Positions 37,803 through 50,700 of a DNA stretch of 64,000 nt are shown piece after piece. Both the position numbers and the translations under genes were made by a program. This stretch comes from Lepidodermella squamata (taxonomy: Eukaryota > Animalia > Gastrotricha). The stretch covers positions 124,001 through 188,000 of the forward strand of contig JBLDXI010000015.1 in NCBI GenBank assembly GCA_047495785.1, read 5' to 3'. Position 1 is the stretch's first letter. Every line of letters starts with the position of its first letter. The notes under the pieces are model-generated. The model ran no database searches. It was not told the DNA's origin and was given only the letters and a program-made list of their open reading frames with translations.

Positions 37803-38337
37803 TTCTCCTACTTCTCGAAAGTAATAAAAATTGCGAGCTTTTGGGTGTTGCTGATAAATTTCTATTCTTGGAAATTATTTCTCTTATCTGAACGTAAACA
37901 GTGGACGAAAGCCATACTTATTCTCAAGATAAAAGTCTTTAATATTTCTATGCGGAATGGTTCAAGGTTGGCATGAAGGCTTTAAATTTCTATTACAGCA
38001 TTTTTTGACGACAAAAATGCACTGAAGGAAGGAAACGAGTGTAGACGATTTGACCGTCTTACCGTTGGCATCAACTTCAGACACTTAATACAGGGGTCTT
38101 AAACTTGTAAGTACCGTTGTATGTGCCATTTCGTATGTGCCATTCCTAAATTTCTTGAAACTCCTCATTGATGCGCATCGAATTCGCCTTCTACGGATTT
38201 TTTTGGCCACCCTGTATGAATAAAAACGCGTGATGCATGGAATAATAACGAATAAAAACTTATTTGACATGCTTTGACAGCACTCTGACTCATTTGACAT
38301 GCTTTTCTGGGTGCTGATCGAAAATGGCAGGCACTAT

Positions 38338-38460
38338 GTCGGAAATCCCGTAGACCGAATTATAGTTTCGAAGATATTTTCTCTCGGACTATGAATTCAC
38401 TTGCGAAAAAATTGAATCATAGATTTTGAGAAACCCTAATTCGGTCTACAGATTTCCGAC
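38338..38460. repeat. Short inverted repeat, MITE-like
   Basis: GTCGGAAATC.(C)GTAGACCGAATTA ... TAATTCGGTCTACAGATTTCCGAC. Confidence 0.6.
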
Positions 38461-38753
38461 CAAGTATTCAAAATAGAAATCATTTGCCTTGTTGAAACTT
38501 CCCTTCTATTCCTGATTAGCAATTCCAACAAACACCACAGCAACAAAGTTACGAAATCATTTTATTCTTCATTATTCAAAGCACAAATTTTTATTGGTTT
38601 ATCGATATAAAAGCAGTTCGCGCACGTATTACAATAATCACTTCAACAAACCACAGAATAATCACTTCAACAGAAGCACTGATCAAAAGTATCAATTTTT
38701 TAATTTTGAAAACTATGATGGCGAGACATCAACCCATGAGACAACATTAGCGC

Positions 38754-41700
38754 TCAGCCGTCAGAGCAGCTGTTAGCAATCACCGTTTCTCTGCTTATTG
38801 CCAGCGGCAGGCCGTAGCAAACCGGCGCGGAGCCGTTCAGAAACCGCAACTTGCAGTTCGCCCTCGCTCTATTCAAACACCCGATCAACGACACAGTTTT
38901 CGGCAGAGCAGCCAGCTCAGCCCTGGTCAGTTCAACCGGCGGTGGGTGGTCCTTATTGCCGGGAAAGCCGCGTCGCCACGAAGGCGTGAGGGCCGAGTCG
39001 AGAAACGCCATCAAAAACCTGTCAATATCGACGTCAGTCACGTTGAACAAATTGCCAAAAACGGCCGGCGACAACGCGAGTGGGAAAAACAGAGCTGAGT
39101 TGTGCAGATCCCGACGCCGCGAGTCGACCAGCCGCAGGGAGGAGCAACCCATCAGAATGCCAATGGCAGATGCCTTCTGGTAGATTTCGCCGTTCGACTC
39201 CAACACAGATGCGTTTTGCGTCTGACTCTGCTGCTGCGCGGCCGTGAACACGACTTTGTGGTCGGCCAAGTCGCGGAATGTCGTCGAATGCAGGCCGGAA
39301 CCGTGGCCGATGAACACGAACATTTGCGTTCGCCGCAGTTGTTCCAGGAGTTCCCGCGCCGATGGGAAACGCCCGACAAAACCAGTCCAGCTTGGAGTTC
39401 GCCTAAAATTAAAATTCACAATCGAGTACTCAGGTGTGTACCGTAACGCGCCCAAAATTTGGACACCCCAAATCGCTACTAAATCGCATTTAAAAACACG
39501 AAAAAAATTGCGCATCAAGGAATATAATTTGTGTAAGGTCGAATTAGCATACGCAAAGGAGGTGTCCAAATTTAGAGGTTTCTTTAACTATTTTTTTAAA
39601 ATCAAGGTGAGCCCCTAAATTCTCCAAAATTTACGTGCCGATCCGAATTCCTCGGGCGAATGTTTTTAAATTTTTTTAGATTTTTTGGACTAAAACCAAA
39701 TTTTTAGTAATTAAACAACTTGTTTTGTCCAAAGTTAGGACCCATTACGGTAAATAGAGATTTTTTCATTGCTCGGAGTTGAAGCAACAAATTGTTTATT
39801 GAACTCACGTTGTAACAATTGGTTCAAAGGTGGCTCTCGTTTTCGCAAGGTTATTTTCAGGATCCAGCACGTAGGACAGCGACTCGAGTGGCCATTTCAC
39901 GAACTGATGGGCGCCCACCAGTTGGCACGATGGCGTTGACCGCAGGGCTGTTCGCAGTTGGTGCACAAGAAAGGGAAGCGTCAAGGCCCGTGTGACGGCT
40001 AGCCCTCGCATCGACGGCACGTCTTCCCACGTGAACGGCGTTGTCCATGCGTCGAGAAGTAGCACGACGATCGGCCGAGTTCCGCCAACTTCATCATCGT
40101 CACAGTCTCCAGCTTCCTCGGCTTTCTCGCTAAAAGACAACAGATCAATCAAAAATATGCTAGCAGAGCATTTGCAAGCAACGAAAAATGTATCCAACTG
40201 CCCACGACTCTCCTTATTCAAGGTATAAAAAAATGTCATAACCTCAAGTCCATATCCAAGCAAGACTGTAAATCCGTTTGGAATCAGCTCGGTGATTTTG
40301 ATAATATGATATAACGATATCATAACCAGACAGAGAATGGGTCGGGTAATTGGGGTCATGCTTTCCCCATTTCTTTTCCTGGGTTTTGGGTCGCTGTTGG
40401 GTTCTTGCCAAAATGATCGTGAGAAATGACACATAAAAATGACCTAATTAATAACCTCATTTCTCAGGCTCTACTTACAGCATCATAATTACTAACCGTT
40501 GCAACTAACATTTAGAGAAACCAAATTTGTATTCGAAATCGGATTTACTGTGCCAAATCATACTTACCAAATTGCTTATTAATTCCACTAATTCGCGATT
40601 TACTAATTAGTGGTTTATATGAATAAAATTTCATATTGAAGTTTAATCGACTTTTGTGATCGAGTCTCAACAATTGGCGACGCGGAGAAAAACATCATCA
40701 TGAGTGACTTGGCCGCGATTTTGGAGCGTTTGACTACATTGACAGCTTCGCAGGCCGAGGCATTAGCCCAGCATTCCGCTGCGCTCGACTTGTTGTCATC
40801 AAACAATGAAACCAAGGTTACCAAAGAATTTCCAGGGTTCGACCCGCAGTCCGAGATATGGGAAGATTATCAGGAACGGTTCGATAATTTTACGAAGGCT
40901 CACGCGAAATCGAAAACGAAAGCGGCCTATTTCCTGAGTTGCCAGTCAGAGGCGATTTTCACGAGATCAAAACTTACCTTCAGCAACTGCCTTCCCCGAA
41001 AAAAGTGAACGATGCGACTTACGACGACATCACGGTCTTTATGCAGAAGCAGTACGACCCGAAGAAGTATGTCGTCCGCGAACGTCACAAGTTTTGGAAT
41101 AATATTGGTAGAAAGGCGGGTGAGTCGATTCCTCAGCTGGTTGCCAGAATTCGCCAGGATGCGGCTACCTGTGGTTTTTCGAATATCACTAACCCCTTAG
41201 ATGAAGCGTTGCGCACCCGCTTCATTTGCTCTGTCAAAAATGAAGCAGTCTTAAAGGCGATTTTCAAGATTTCTGATACCGATCTTTCATTTCAAAAGGC
41301 CATTGATGTCGCGCTTGAAGTGGAGGAGGCGGCGAAAGTTGCCAAGGAGACAGTTTCTGGTCCTCAATTGTCTTCTCAGTCAGTGCACAACGTGTCTTCG
41401 GATGGTCGTCGAGCTGGAGTCAAGAATAAGAACAAACGTCGACAAGGGTCGAAGTTCGAAATTTCAATCGTCGAATCGCGAATCTTGCCGGGCGTGCGGC
41501 AAATTCGATCATCATCGAAATACTTGCAAGTTCAAAAATGCTGAGTGCCATTTTTGTCACAAACTAGGTCATATTCAAGCGGCTTGTCTCAGTCGTCAAA
41601 GGGCTGATCGACAAACATCGTCTGTTCCTCAACCCGTCAATGCTATTCGTGCTCAGGGTGGCCGCTCTCTTCAGGTGATCGATCGCGAATCGAACTCGAG

Positions 41701-44700
41701 TGACGCTATTTTTCAATCGTTTTTAGTGTCAAATCGGTTAGTCCAGCTCAAAATTGACTGTGGCTGTGGGGTAAATTTCATTTCGACCGAGGTTTGGAAA
41801 CAAGTCGGTTCTCTTGCTCTTCATCCCTGCAGCACTCGATTCGTCAGTGCGTCGAATCACCCGATTCCTGTTTCGGGCACAGTCGTCTTACCAGTCTGCA
41901 TTTCCGGTCAGCGAAATGTTTCGGACGTTTTGTTTCATGTTTCTGCTCATCTTAATCTGCTTGGCCGTAGTGGAATTCTTCAAATGAATTTGTCTATTGA
42001 TCAGTTGCTGGGAATAACATCTGGTTCTACTTCAACTCGTCAGTTTGTTTCAAAGATTTTTGATAACATTAAGCCGGATTCGGAACTACAAAAGGCCTGC
42101 CGCGACCTTTGCAATGAATTTCCGGAGTTTTTCAAACCTGAACTCGGTTGTTTGCGCGATTTTGAGCTTGAGGTTAAATTTAAGCCCGAGTCGGTGCCGG
42201 TTTTCTGCAAGGCTCGACCGGTTCCGTTTGCTCTTGAACAGGACCTGGTGGATGCCTACGACGCCGGGGTGGCTAAAGGAGTTTGGGAACGGGTTCAATT
42301 CAATGACTGGGGTACGCCGGTTGTTCCTATTCAAAAACCGTTGCTTCCTGGCGAGACTAAACGGAAGTTGCGAGTTTGCGGCGATTATTCGGCTTCGATT
42401 AATTCTCAGCTTGAACCTCATCGTTATCCACTACCTCTTCCAGCTGATTTGATGCGGAAATTACGTGGCGGCTATGGCTATAGTCAGATCGATTTGGCCG
42501 ATGCCTACAACCAGATTTGCTTGGGTCCAGTGTCCCAAAAACGGCTGGCTCTTTCAACTCACAAAGGGGTTCTTCTTCAAAAACGATTACCTTTTGGAAT
42601 TACTTCAGCGCCGGGCTATTTTCAAGAAATCATGGATAAATTGACCAGCGATTTGCCTGGTGTTGCTTGTTTTCTCGATAACATTTTTGTGTCTGGGATC
42701 GATGCCGCTGATCATCTATCGAATCTACGAAGGGCTTTGAAGCGCCTGGTTGATAATGGTTTGCGTGGTCGATTGGAAAAATGCGATTTTGCCATGCCGG
42801 TCATCGCCTGTTTGGGACATTTTTTGTCATCTGAAGGTTTGGCGATTGGACCTAAGGTTGATGCGGTTTTGGCAATGTCTGCTCCGACAGATGTGGGTAC
42901 GTTGAAGTCATTTTTGGGGCATGTTCAGTTTTATGCAAAATTTCTTCCACCGAACTTGTCCTCCATTCTTGAACCGCTGCGGTTCTGGTTCATTTTGACC
43001 CGAGTAAGACTCTGGGTTTGGCTGCCGATGCTTCAGAAGTTGGGATTGGGGCCGTTTTGTTTCATCGATTTGAAGATGGTTCGGAACGACCAATCGCCAA
43101 TGTTTCGAAATTACTCAGCAGCAGTCAGCGTCGTTATAGTCAGATTCAACGTGAGGCTCTGGCTATCATCTTTGGATTGAAAAAGTTTCATCAATTCGTC
43201 TACGGTCGTCATTTCATCATTGTCACTGATCATAAACCTCTGTTGTCGCTTTTTGGCTTCGACAAAGCGACGCCGACTATGGCGGCTAATCGTCTAGCCC
43301 GTTGGTCCTGGATTCTTCATCAGTATGACTACGACATCGAGTACCGAGCGACTGCCAAGCACGGAAATGCTGATGCCCTGAGTCGATTGCCTGGGTCGCC
43401 TGACAATAATTTTGATGGGGAGGAAAGTGCTGATGATGTTCAAATGGTTTGCCAGGTCAACTTGATTAGTCAGCAATTAAATGCTATCAACTCGACTGGC
43501 CACGACCCATTGGTTTTGGTTCGTGAGTCGGAGAAAGATCCAGTGATTTCTTCGGTTATTCGCTTCGTGGAAAATGGCTGGGCGGAGAAGCTTAACGAGT
43601 CGAAGTTGCAAGAAGTCAAGGAATTTAAAAAGTTGTCAGATTTCCTATCAGTTTCGGGCAAATGTCTTTTCTATGGCTCTCGAGTTGTTATTCCGACTTC
43701 TTTACGTAGTCACGTGCTTGAAATTTTACATCTGGGTCACATCGAAATCAGGCGAATGAAACAACTGGCTCGAAGCGCTGTTTATTGGCCTGGAATTGAC
43801 GCAGAAATTACCGAAACGGGTCAAAATTGTGTCTCATGTGGTGAGCATCAGAATTTGCCGGTTAAGGCGGCTGTTCATCCGTGGATGTTGCCGGAAGTTC
43901 CGTGGAGCCGACTGCATGTTGATCATGCGATCAATTTTCTGAAAACGAATTGGTTGGTTGTAGTCGACGTTTATTCGAAATACCCATGTATTCACCCTAC
44001 GAGTTCGGTGTCTACAAAAGCAACGACAGATCTTCTTGACGGCGATTTCGCTCATTTCGGATTTCCTCACGCGGTGGTCACCGACAATTCAACCACTTTC
44101 ACATCGGAGGAGTTCCAGGAGTGGTGCGAGGAGAAGGGCATTGTTCATCTATCTGGAGCGCCTTATCATCCCGAAACCAACGGTCAGGCGGAAAGAATGG
44201 TAGAAACGTTCAAACAGAGTATGAAGAAATCGAGCTTGGTTCCGAAAACTGCTCTGAACGAATTTCTCATCACTTACCGTCGTACACCGCTGCCGAATGG
44301 TCATTCACCCAGCGAACTGTTGAATGGCAGACAAATTCGCACAAAAATCGATCTGTTGGTTCCATCACCGTTGCAGTTCGAACTGATGCGTCTCAATCGA
44401 CGAACAAAGGGGCGAGCATCTGCGGAAATCAACTTTAAAGTCGGTGATCGGGTGTTTGCTCTGTACCATGGTCAGGTCCGTGACCGAGAACCAAAATGGT
44501 ATTTGGCTGAGGTTCTGAAGGTCGAAGGCCCACGTACCTGTGAAGTTAAGGTTTTGCCCGACGGCCCTATTTGGCGTCGACACTCAGATCAGCTGAGACC
44601 GTTCAAGGGTCCACCCGATGTTGTGTCTTCACAAAGACCGCCGGTGGCGGAACCCGATTCGTCATCAAGCCCGATTGCGACATTTACTCGCGACAATCCT

Positions 44701-47700
44701 CGCCGCTCAGGACGTTTGCAAGCGAAGTCTTAGGTTTTCGAATGCCGGTACATTCTCAGCCAGCGGTGAAGGTGTTGGGTTCTTGCCAAAATGATCGTGA
44801 GAAATGACACATAAAAATGACCTAATTAATAACCTCATTTCTCAGGCTCTACTTACAGCATCATAATTACTAACCGTTGCAACTAACATTTAGAGAAACC
44901 AAATTTGTATTCGAAATCGGATTTACTGTGCCAAATCATACTTACCAAATTGCTTATTAATTCCACTAATTCGCGATTTACTAATTAGTGGTTTATATGA
45001 ATAAAATTTCATATTGAAGTTTAATCGACTTTTGTGATCGAGTCTCAACAGTCGCCATGAATGACCCACACTGCCATCAACTATGATCGGCATGTTCTCG
45101 TGATTCAGACTGCCTCATCAGAGGCTGAAAGGCATTTTAGCTCGCTGGGAAGCACGGCTACGCCTGACAGAGCCCGGCTCAAGGCCCATTTAAAATGTGT
45201 TCGATTCGCCTGATAACGCCTGATTTTACAGCCGCTATTGTTAATTCGCTTCAATTAATGCGGATAACATACCATTCAAATTACTATGCTTATCTGTTTG
45301 CAGAAATATCAGACGCCGGGATCTCTGCAGCAGACGGAGAATTATCTGAAGGTTTTCCCTCTAAGCAGCTACATAATTGTATCCAGATGTGGTCGGTAAT
45401 GTCAGGATTGCTTATCCGCCCGAAGTTATGGCTGAAGCTATCGATGCTGTTGCGAAATGCTCGCACCTCTCCAAGAGTGGAAGCCGACAACAGCAAAATA
45501 CCATCGAGTACGTCCGTACCCTGCACAACATTCCTGGCGGCAGAACAATTGGTCGCGGCAATGCTGACGCGGCCGCGAATAATTCCGCTAAGAGCCGAAA
45601 GACGAAGGAAGACGAGAATGGCAACAAGGCAAGCAAGCCGCCGCGTAAGACGCGGGGACGCCGGTTGATTTCTTTGAGGTACCTGCTTTAATAATTAAGT
45701 TTTGACCTCATTATAATACCCAACTGTTTGAATTTTCAGGCGAATGGAACGACTTCTACTTGAAACTCGATCCGGTAAAGCTGCCTTTGACGTTGGCGTC
45801 ATCGACTCGGAGGGTGTTAACGACACCGAAAGCCGCGTTGAAGTTATTGTAAATATGGAGCAGGTGTCCACTCACCTCAAATCTCTGCAGCTACGCCAGG
45901 AGTCGTTGACGGGGGAAGCCTTCGAAAAAATGTTCAATTGCCTGAAGGCCGATAAACTGATAAAATCCAAGGAAGACTTTTACAAATACATTTATCAACG
46001 TTTCACATTCAAGAGAAAGTACGTCTGAAATAAAATGATTACTTTTCGAGCATTTGTCGGCTTGGAGAAGTTTCTCGATTGCGGTTTGCCTCTCTACGAG
46101 GCGTATAAGCTAAAGGCCCTTTGACACAACTAAAAGCCGCGGATCCGAATTTCTATCGTGACTTCTACGACTTCTACGTGACCTCTACGAACAGTCCTGC
46201 AAAACCACATGTTTTTGATTCGCCTGATAACGCCTGATTTTGCAGTGTCGCATTTCATGGATACTCCGCTAGTAATGACTCAACTAAGTGCGAACTGGAG
46301 TGCCTTCCGGATGGTTGCTTACCCAGCTTCTTGATATCATTGTTAACTTGGTCTTGAGGTATGCACTTCAGTTCAAATTTCTCAGTCGCACCACGAAAAC
46401 TTCCGTTCCTGGAGACGACTCCGCTTTCGCTCCCGAGTCTGATCTAATTGATCTCCGCGGAACTGCGCGATACTCCCAACCTCTCTCCTACTCCGTAACC
46501 AGTCCGGCCCTACTACCAAACAAAGCAGAACCGACCTATCAAAGACTACTTTACATCTTGTTCCAACGTTTTCAAAAGCTCCATGTTGTCGTCTGGCTGC
46601 GCCTCAATTTGTCAGACTTCGAATCCGGCTTCGCTGCTGCCGTCACCAACTTCTTTGCTGGCAATATGGCCAACATCGGTTGTTCTGTCAAGTTTGCCCT
46701 GAAAAATGGCTTGAATGCTTGCTACTTTTCTATCAATTTTATACTTGTTGAAAACTATTTCGATCGCCATTCTAATTTTTTAAATCGCAGTCGTGCAGTT
46801 GTTGAAACAACAAATTGGCTGTCAATAAAATAATAAGTATTCTAGTCACTTTCGTCGAGTTTTCAATTTCATTCTCTAAATTTCCATTTCTTTTGAGTCT
46901 CAATTCAATTGCTGTCAGCTTATTGCTTTGGATGAAGGGAAGGGCATAACAAAAAAATCCGTTTTTAGTTTTTCAAAGTTGTCTTTTAGGTTACTGTATA
47001 CTCGCAATCATTGATAAACCCTTTAAAATCCGCCTCTGATGTTTCAAATGATGATTTCCACCCAGTTTCCCAGATAACGTAACTAAGCAAATATTCCGGT
47101 GTTTATAGAATAATGAATGAGAATGATGACTAACCAATTAGCTGCATCTTGCACCAAATCAGGCGGCAGCAAATGCTCGCGCACGAATTCATCCGCATCG
47201 TCCATGAGAGCAGCCATCGCACGATCCAACGCCGCCCTGCTGTTCCAGAACTCCTTGCGCGTTTTCAACCGCAACGACTCCTCATTATCCGACATGAGCT
47301 GCTCGAAACGCGCCAACAAGCCCAACAACGGCGCAGCATCAACAAATTTCACCTCAGGCTGGTCGCGGCGATGCCTCGCCCGCCACGTCACAATCCCAGC
47401 CGACCGCGAACAAGCTCCATTCACAGGCGAAGCACCTGAAAATCGATGAACTGCTGAATCTCTTGAGATATTGAATTATAAAATTACCTGGGGGTAAAAT
47501 GTGAAGCGATACAACTGTCCATTGCACGGGTAGCTCTTTCGCTGCTTCGACGAAATCGTCGAAAACAGGTGGGAATCGCGTCAACAGCCGAACATCCCGC
47601 AGTTGCCTGAGGTCCTCCTGGCCTTTCCTACTCGAATTTCCGCAATTGGCTTCGGTAGAGATGCGTTGAACAGCCAGAACTGCCCGTAGCATATGCCGGA

Positions 47701-50700
47701 AACAAACGGCATTCGCCTCGTGAAGCCAGTAGGCGACCACGAGCGGAGAGGCACCGGTCGAGTGTGCCCGCACTGCCCTCAGCCGGCACAATTCTGAGTA
47801 GACGGGCGCGAGTGGGAAGCAGCGGGCAAGCTGCAGCGATGTTTCGTCGGCTTTGTTCTGGTTGCTGCTGTTGCCGTTTGTTGCGACGGCCGCTAGTTGC
47901 ACGGCGCCGTTCTGCTGTTGGGCTGAGCTTTTCGCCGGGGTTTTCGCATTTGACCTCAGCGCCCGGCTCGAAGATGGCGCCGATGTGGTGGCTGCAGGCG
48001 GGGGGCTATTCACTAGGCAAAAGAAAACACGGTTATTAGATCCTAATTACTCTTGAAATCCGAGCCCTCCGAGCATATGAAAAGATGAGCACGAGATTTT
48101 ACAGCAAGATTCGCTCTCAAAACGGGCCTTTGAATACTGAATACTTGAATACTAAATTACGTCTCAAGTTACTGATGGTTATTTGAGCTTATGGAAAAAG
48201 CGATATCAAGTAACATTTCAAGTGGTATCAGGCAAAGGTGCTGCTGTCAACTGTTGAAGGAATCTCGAACTAATTGTGCGGGGCAGCTTTACTCGCCCGA
48301 TGATATTTTTAACGTTGATGAGACTGGCTTGTTATTTCGAGTTGAGGACCTACAACCTACGCATCTGATTGCATTAACTGACTTCAATTGGTCTCCCTGT
48401 CTTGTATAATCAACAGACTCCTGAAATGCCGCTGTTGAAAGCATTGGCTTTTGTTGAACACAAAAGACGGCTCAAACCGTGACGGCAGCCCCAACAAAAC
48501 TGGGATATTGTAGGACGCTGAAGGTGATCCGAGCCGCTTCTGCGCTTCTGGGGATGCCGCCTGTCAAGCGGTATCGAATATTACGAAATAATTAAAATTC
48601 TGCTTCATCAGAAACCTGATTTTCGACTGGGAAACATATCAGTGACAACACTGCAGTCTTTGTCAATTGGACTGGAAATCCTACAACTCGACCTACAACC
48701 TGAAGGGAGAAAAGTGTGCTCGTGGAAGTTGAGCAAAGATTGAGTGACTGCTCTCGCTGGTTCGAATATGACTGGTACAGAGAGAATAGCTCCCTTGGCT
48801 ATTGGCAAAGCGAACGGAACTTAACGTTTCCGTGCCTTAACATTTCGAGGGATCAACTTCGAGTCTTCTAAAAAAGCGTGGATGGCTGGCCCGATTTGGC
48901 AGCGGTGGTTGATGTCGCGGGATGACCGTTGATGCCGTGCTAAAATTACATAAAAATCGCAAAATTTCCAGGCAACTGTACTTCTAAGCTGCAGCGTGTG
49001 ACCAGGAAATAACTCTATCCTTGAAACGACACTATCAGACTATAATGACTTTGTGGATCCAGAATTTATTCAAAAAGTAGCTTCCTTAAGAAAAAAATTC
49101 ATATTACATATTCTCCTTAGATTCAGTTGTATCGTGATAAAAATTTCGCTCACTCAAACTGAAATTGAGAACGTCATTGGCGAACTAGATTCCCTTTCTA
49201 CCAAGGTGTTTGCGATCGATCGATCAGCCTTTCATGCAAAATATTTCCCGTCGTTCGTTCATTTTTTTTACTTTCCTAATTACAGTTAGGTATTTTTAGG
49301 CGGTAATCGAAGTCCCTTGGAATTATCAAACTGCTATTTCGCTATAATTATAAATGATGATAACGATCTCTACTCGCTATTTTCCCTATCTCTACAAATA
49401 TTTCTTTCATTTGTAGAGCTTTTAAATGTTCAAGGCCAAGTTTACGAACGAGAATGATACTAGAATTGTGGAGCTCCCTGTTCCCTCGATCGCTGAGCTC
49501 CAAGGAGCTGCTATCAGCGAATACGAATTCACATTCACCGCCGCCAACTTCCCCCTCGTATTCAAGTATTTCGACGGGAAGGTCTGGCCAACGGCTGCCA
49601 AAGATGCAGCCGTCGCCAGAGCATTTCGGCTCAGAGCTGGTGAACCGCCTCATTTCAAGTTGATATGGCGAATATCGTCGAAACCAACTTGGATGATGTG
49701 GTTGCTCGCGCCAATCTAGCATAGCTAGTTCCTCGGTTTCATCACGACACTCATCAACTGGGAGCCGGTTAGCAGCGAAGCCGGTGGATCAGTTCTCAGC
49801 AGCTTTTTAGTTATCGAAGCGATGAAGCTTTTGATTCGGAACGCTCCAGCATTTTCTTAGGGAAATCGCCACCGCTACCTCAAGGTGAGTGCGAAGAAGC
49901 AATTCATATGATAGAATTATTATGTTCAAAGAGCAAACTGATAACCTTGGCCGCCTTTGCTGACCAGAATTTGGACGCTATTCGACGAGGACTCTCCGAT
50001 GCTGAGCGTACGTCACTGCTTCGCCGAAAATTTCCGCCCGGTCTAGAGCGTTGGATGATATGTTTGGGCCGAGATCACCGCGTTTCAAAGGTCACATTAA
50101 ATCGGATTATCAAATCATCATCGACGATTTAAAGCAATTGAAAGAGACAAGCGAAACGTTTCAGCTGAAAAACAACTTAGATAAAAAACAGAAGCCGCTG
50201 TTATGCCCGCATTAATTGCGAACTCTGTCGCTGGTTCGATCGATGATTCGGTATTGGACCTCGCCAGAGTGCTTTGCAACAAGAAATTGGCTGTGTTCTC
50301 ACTAACATGAATATGAATGACGAATGTATTCCCTAGCCCTGTTGAGCTGAAAGCGGTGGTCAGATCTTGCCGGTGAGTCGACTCGCCAAATGCTGCATAC
50401 GAGAATATTCGATTATTTCAGGAAGTCATCAATTTTCTTCAAATGATTCATCACGAGATTGTAGTTGACTTTATTTCATCATTTAAATCGTGCTTCCTAA
50501 GCTGCTCACTACTACTACAAGTTCTGTTGTAAACTGACTGATGAATATAGTCAAAGTCGCAGAATTCGTGAACCTGCGTCGTCGTGTTCAAATACATGGC
50601 TACAGTTAGGTACCGCAACGGCGCATCGCCCCACCGCCTCTCGTAGATCTGCATCGAATCGACCACTTCCCGCGTGAAATTCCGAATACCAGGATGGTCG

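Noticed and set aside
40130-40434. 5' part of ORF 39805-40434 and 5' part of ORF 38754-39569
   Set aside because: Intronic, LTR or MITE sequence upstream of the true separase acceptors at 40129 and 39402.
41303-41460. Programmed gag-pol frameshift
   Set aside because: The break falls before the gag zinc knuckles and other lesions are present, so mutation is more likely.
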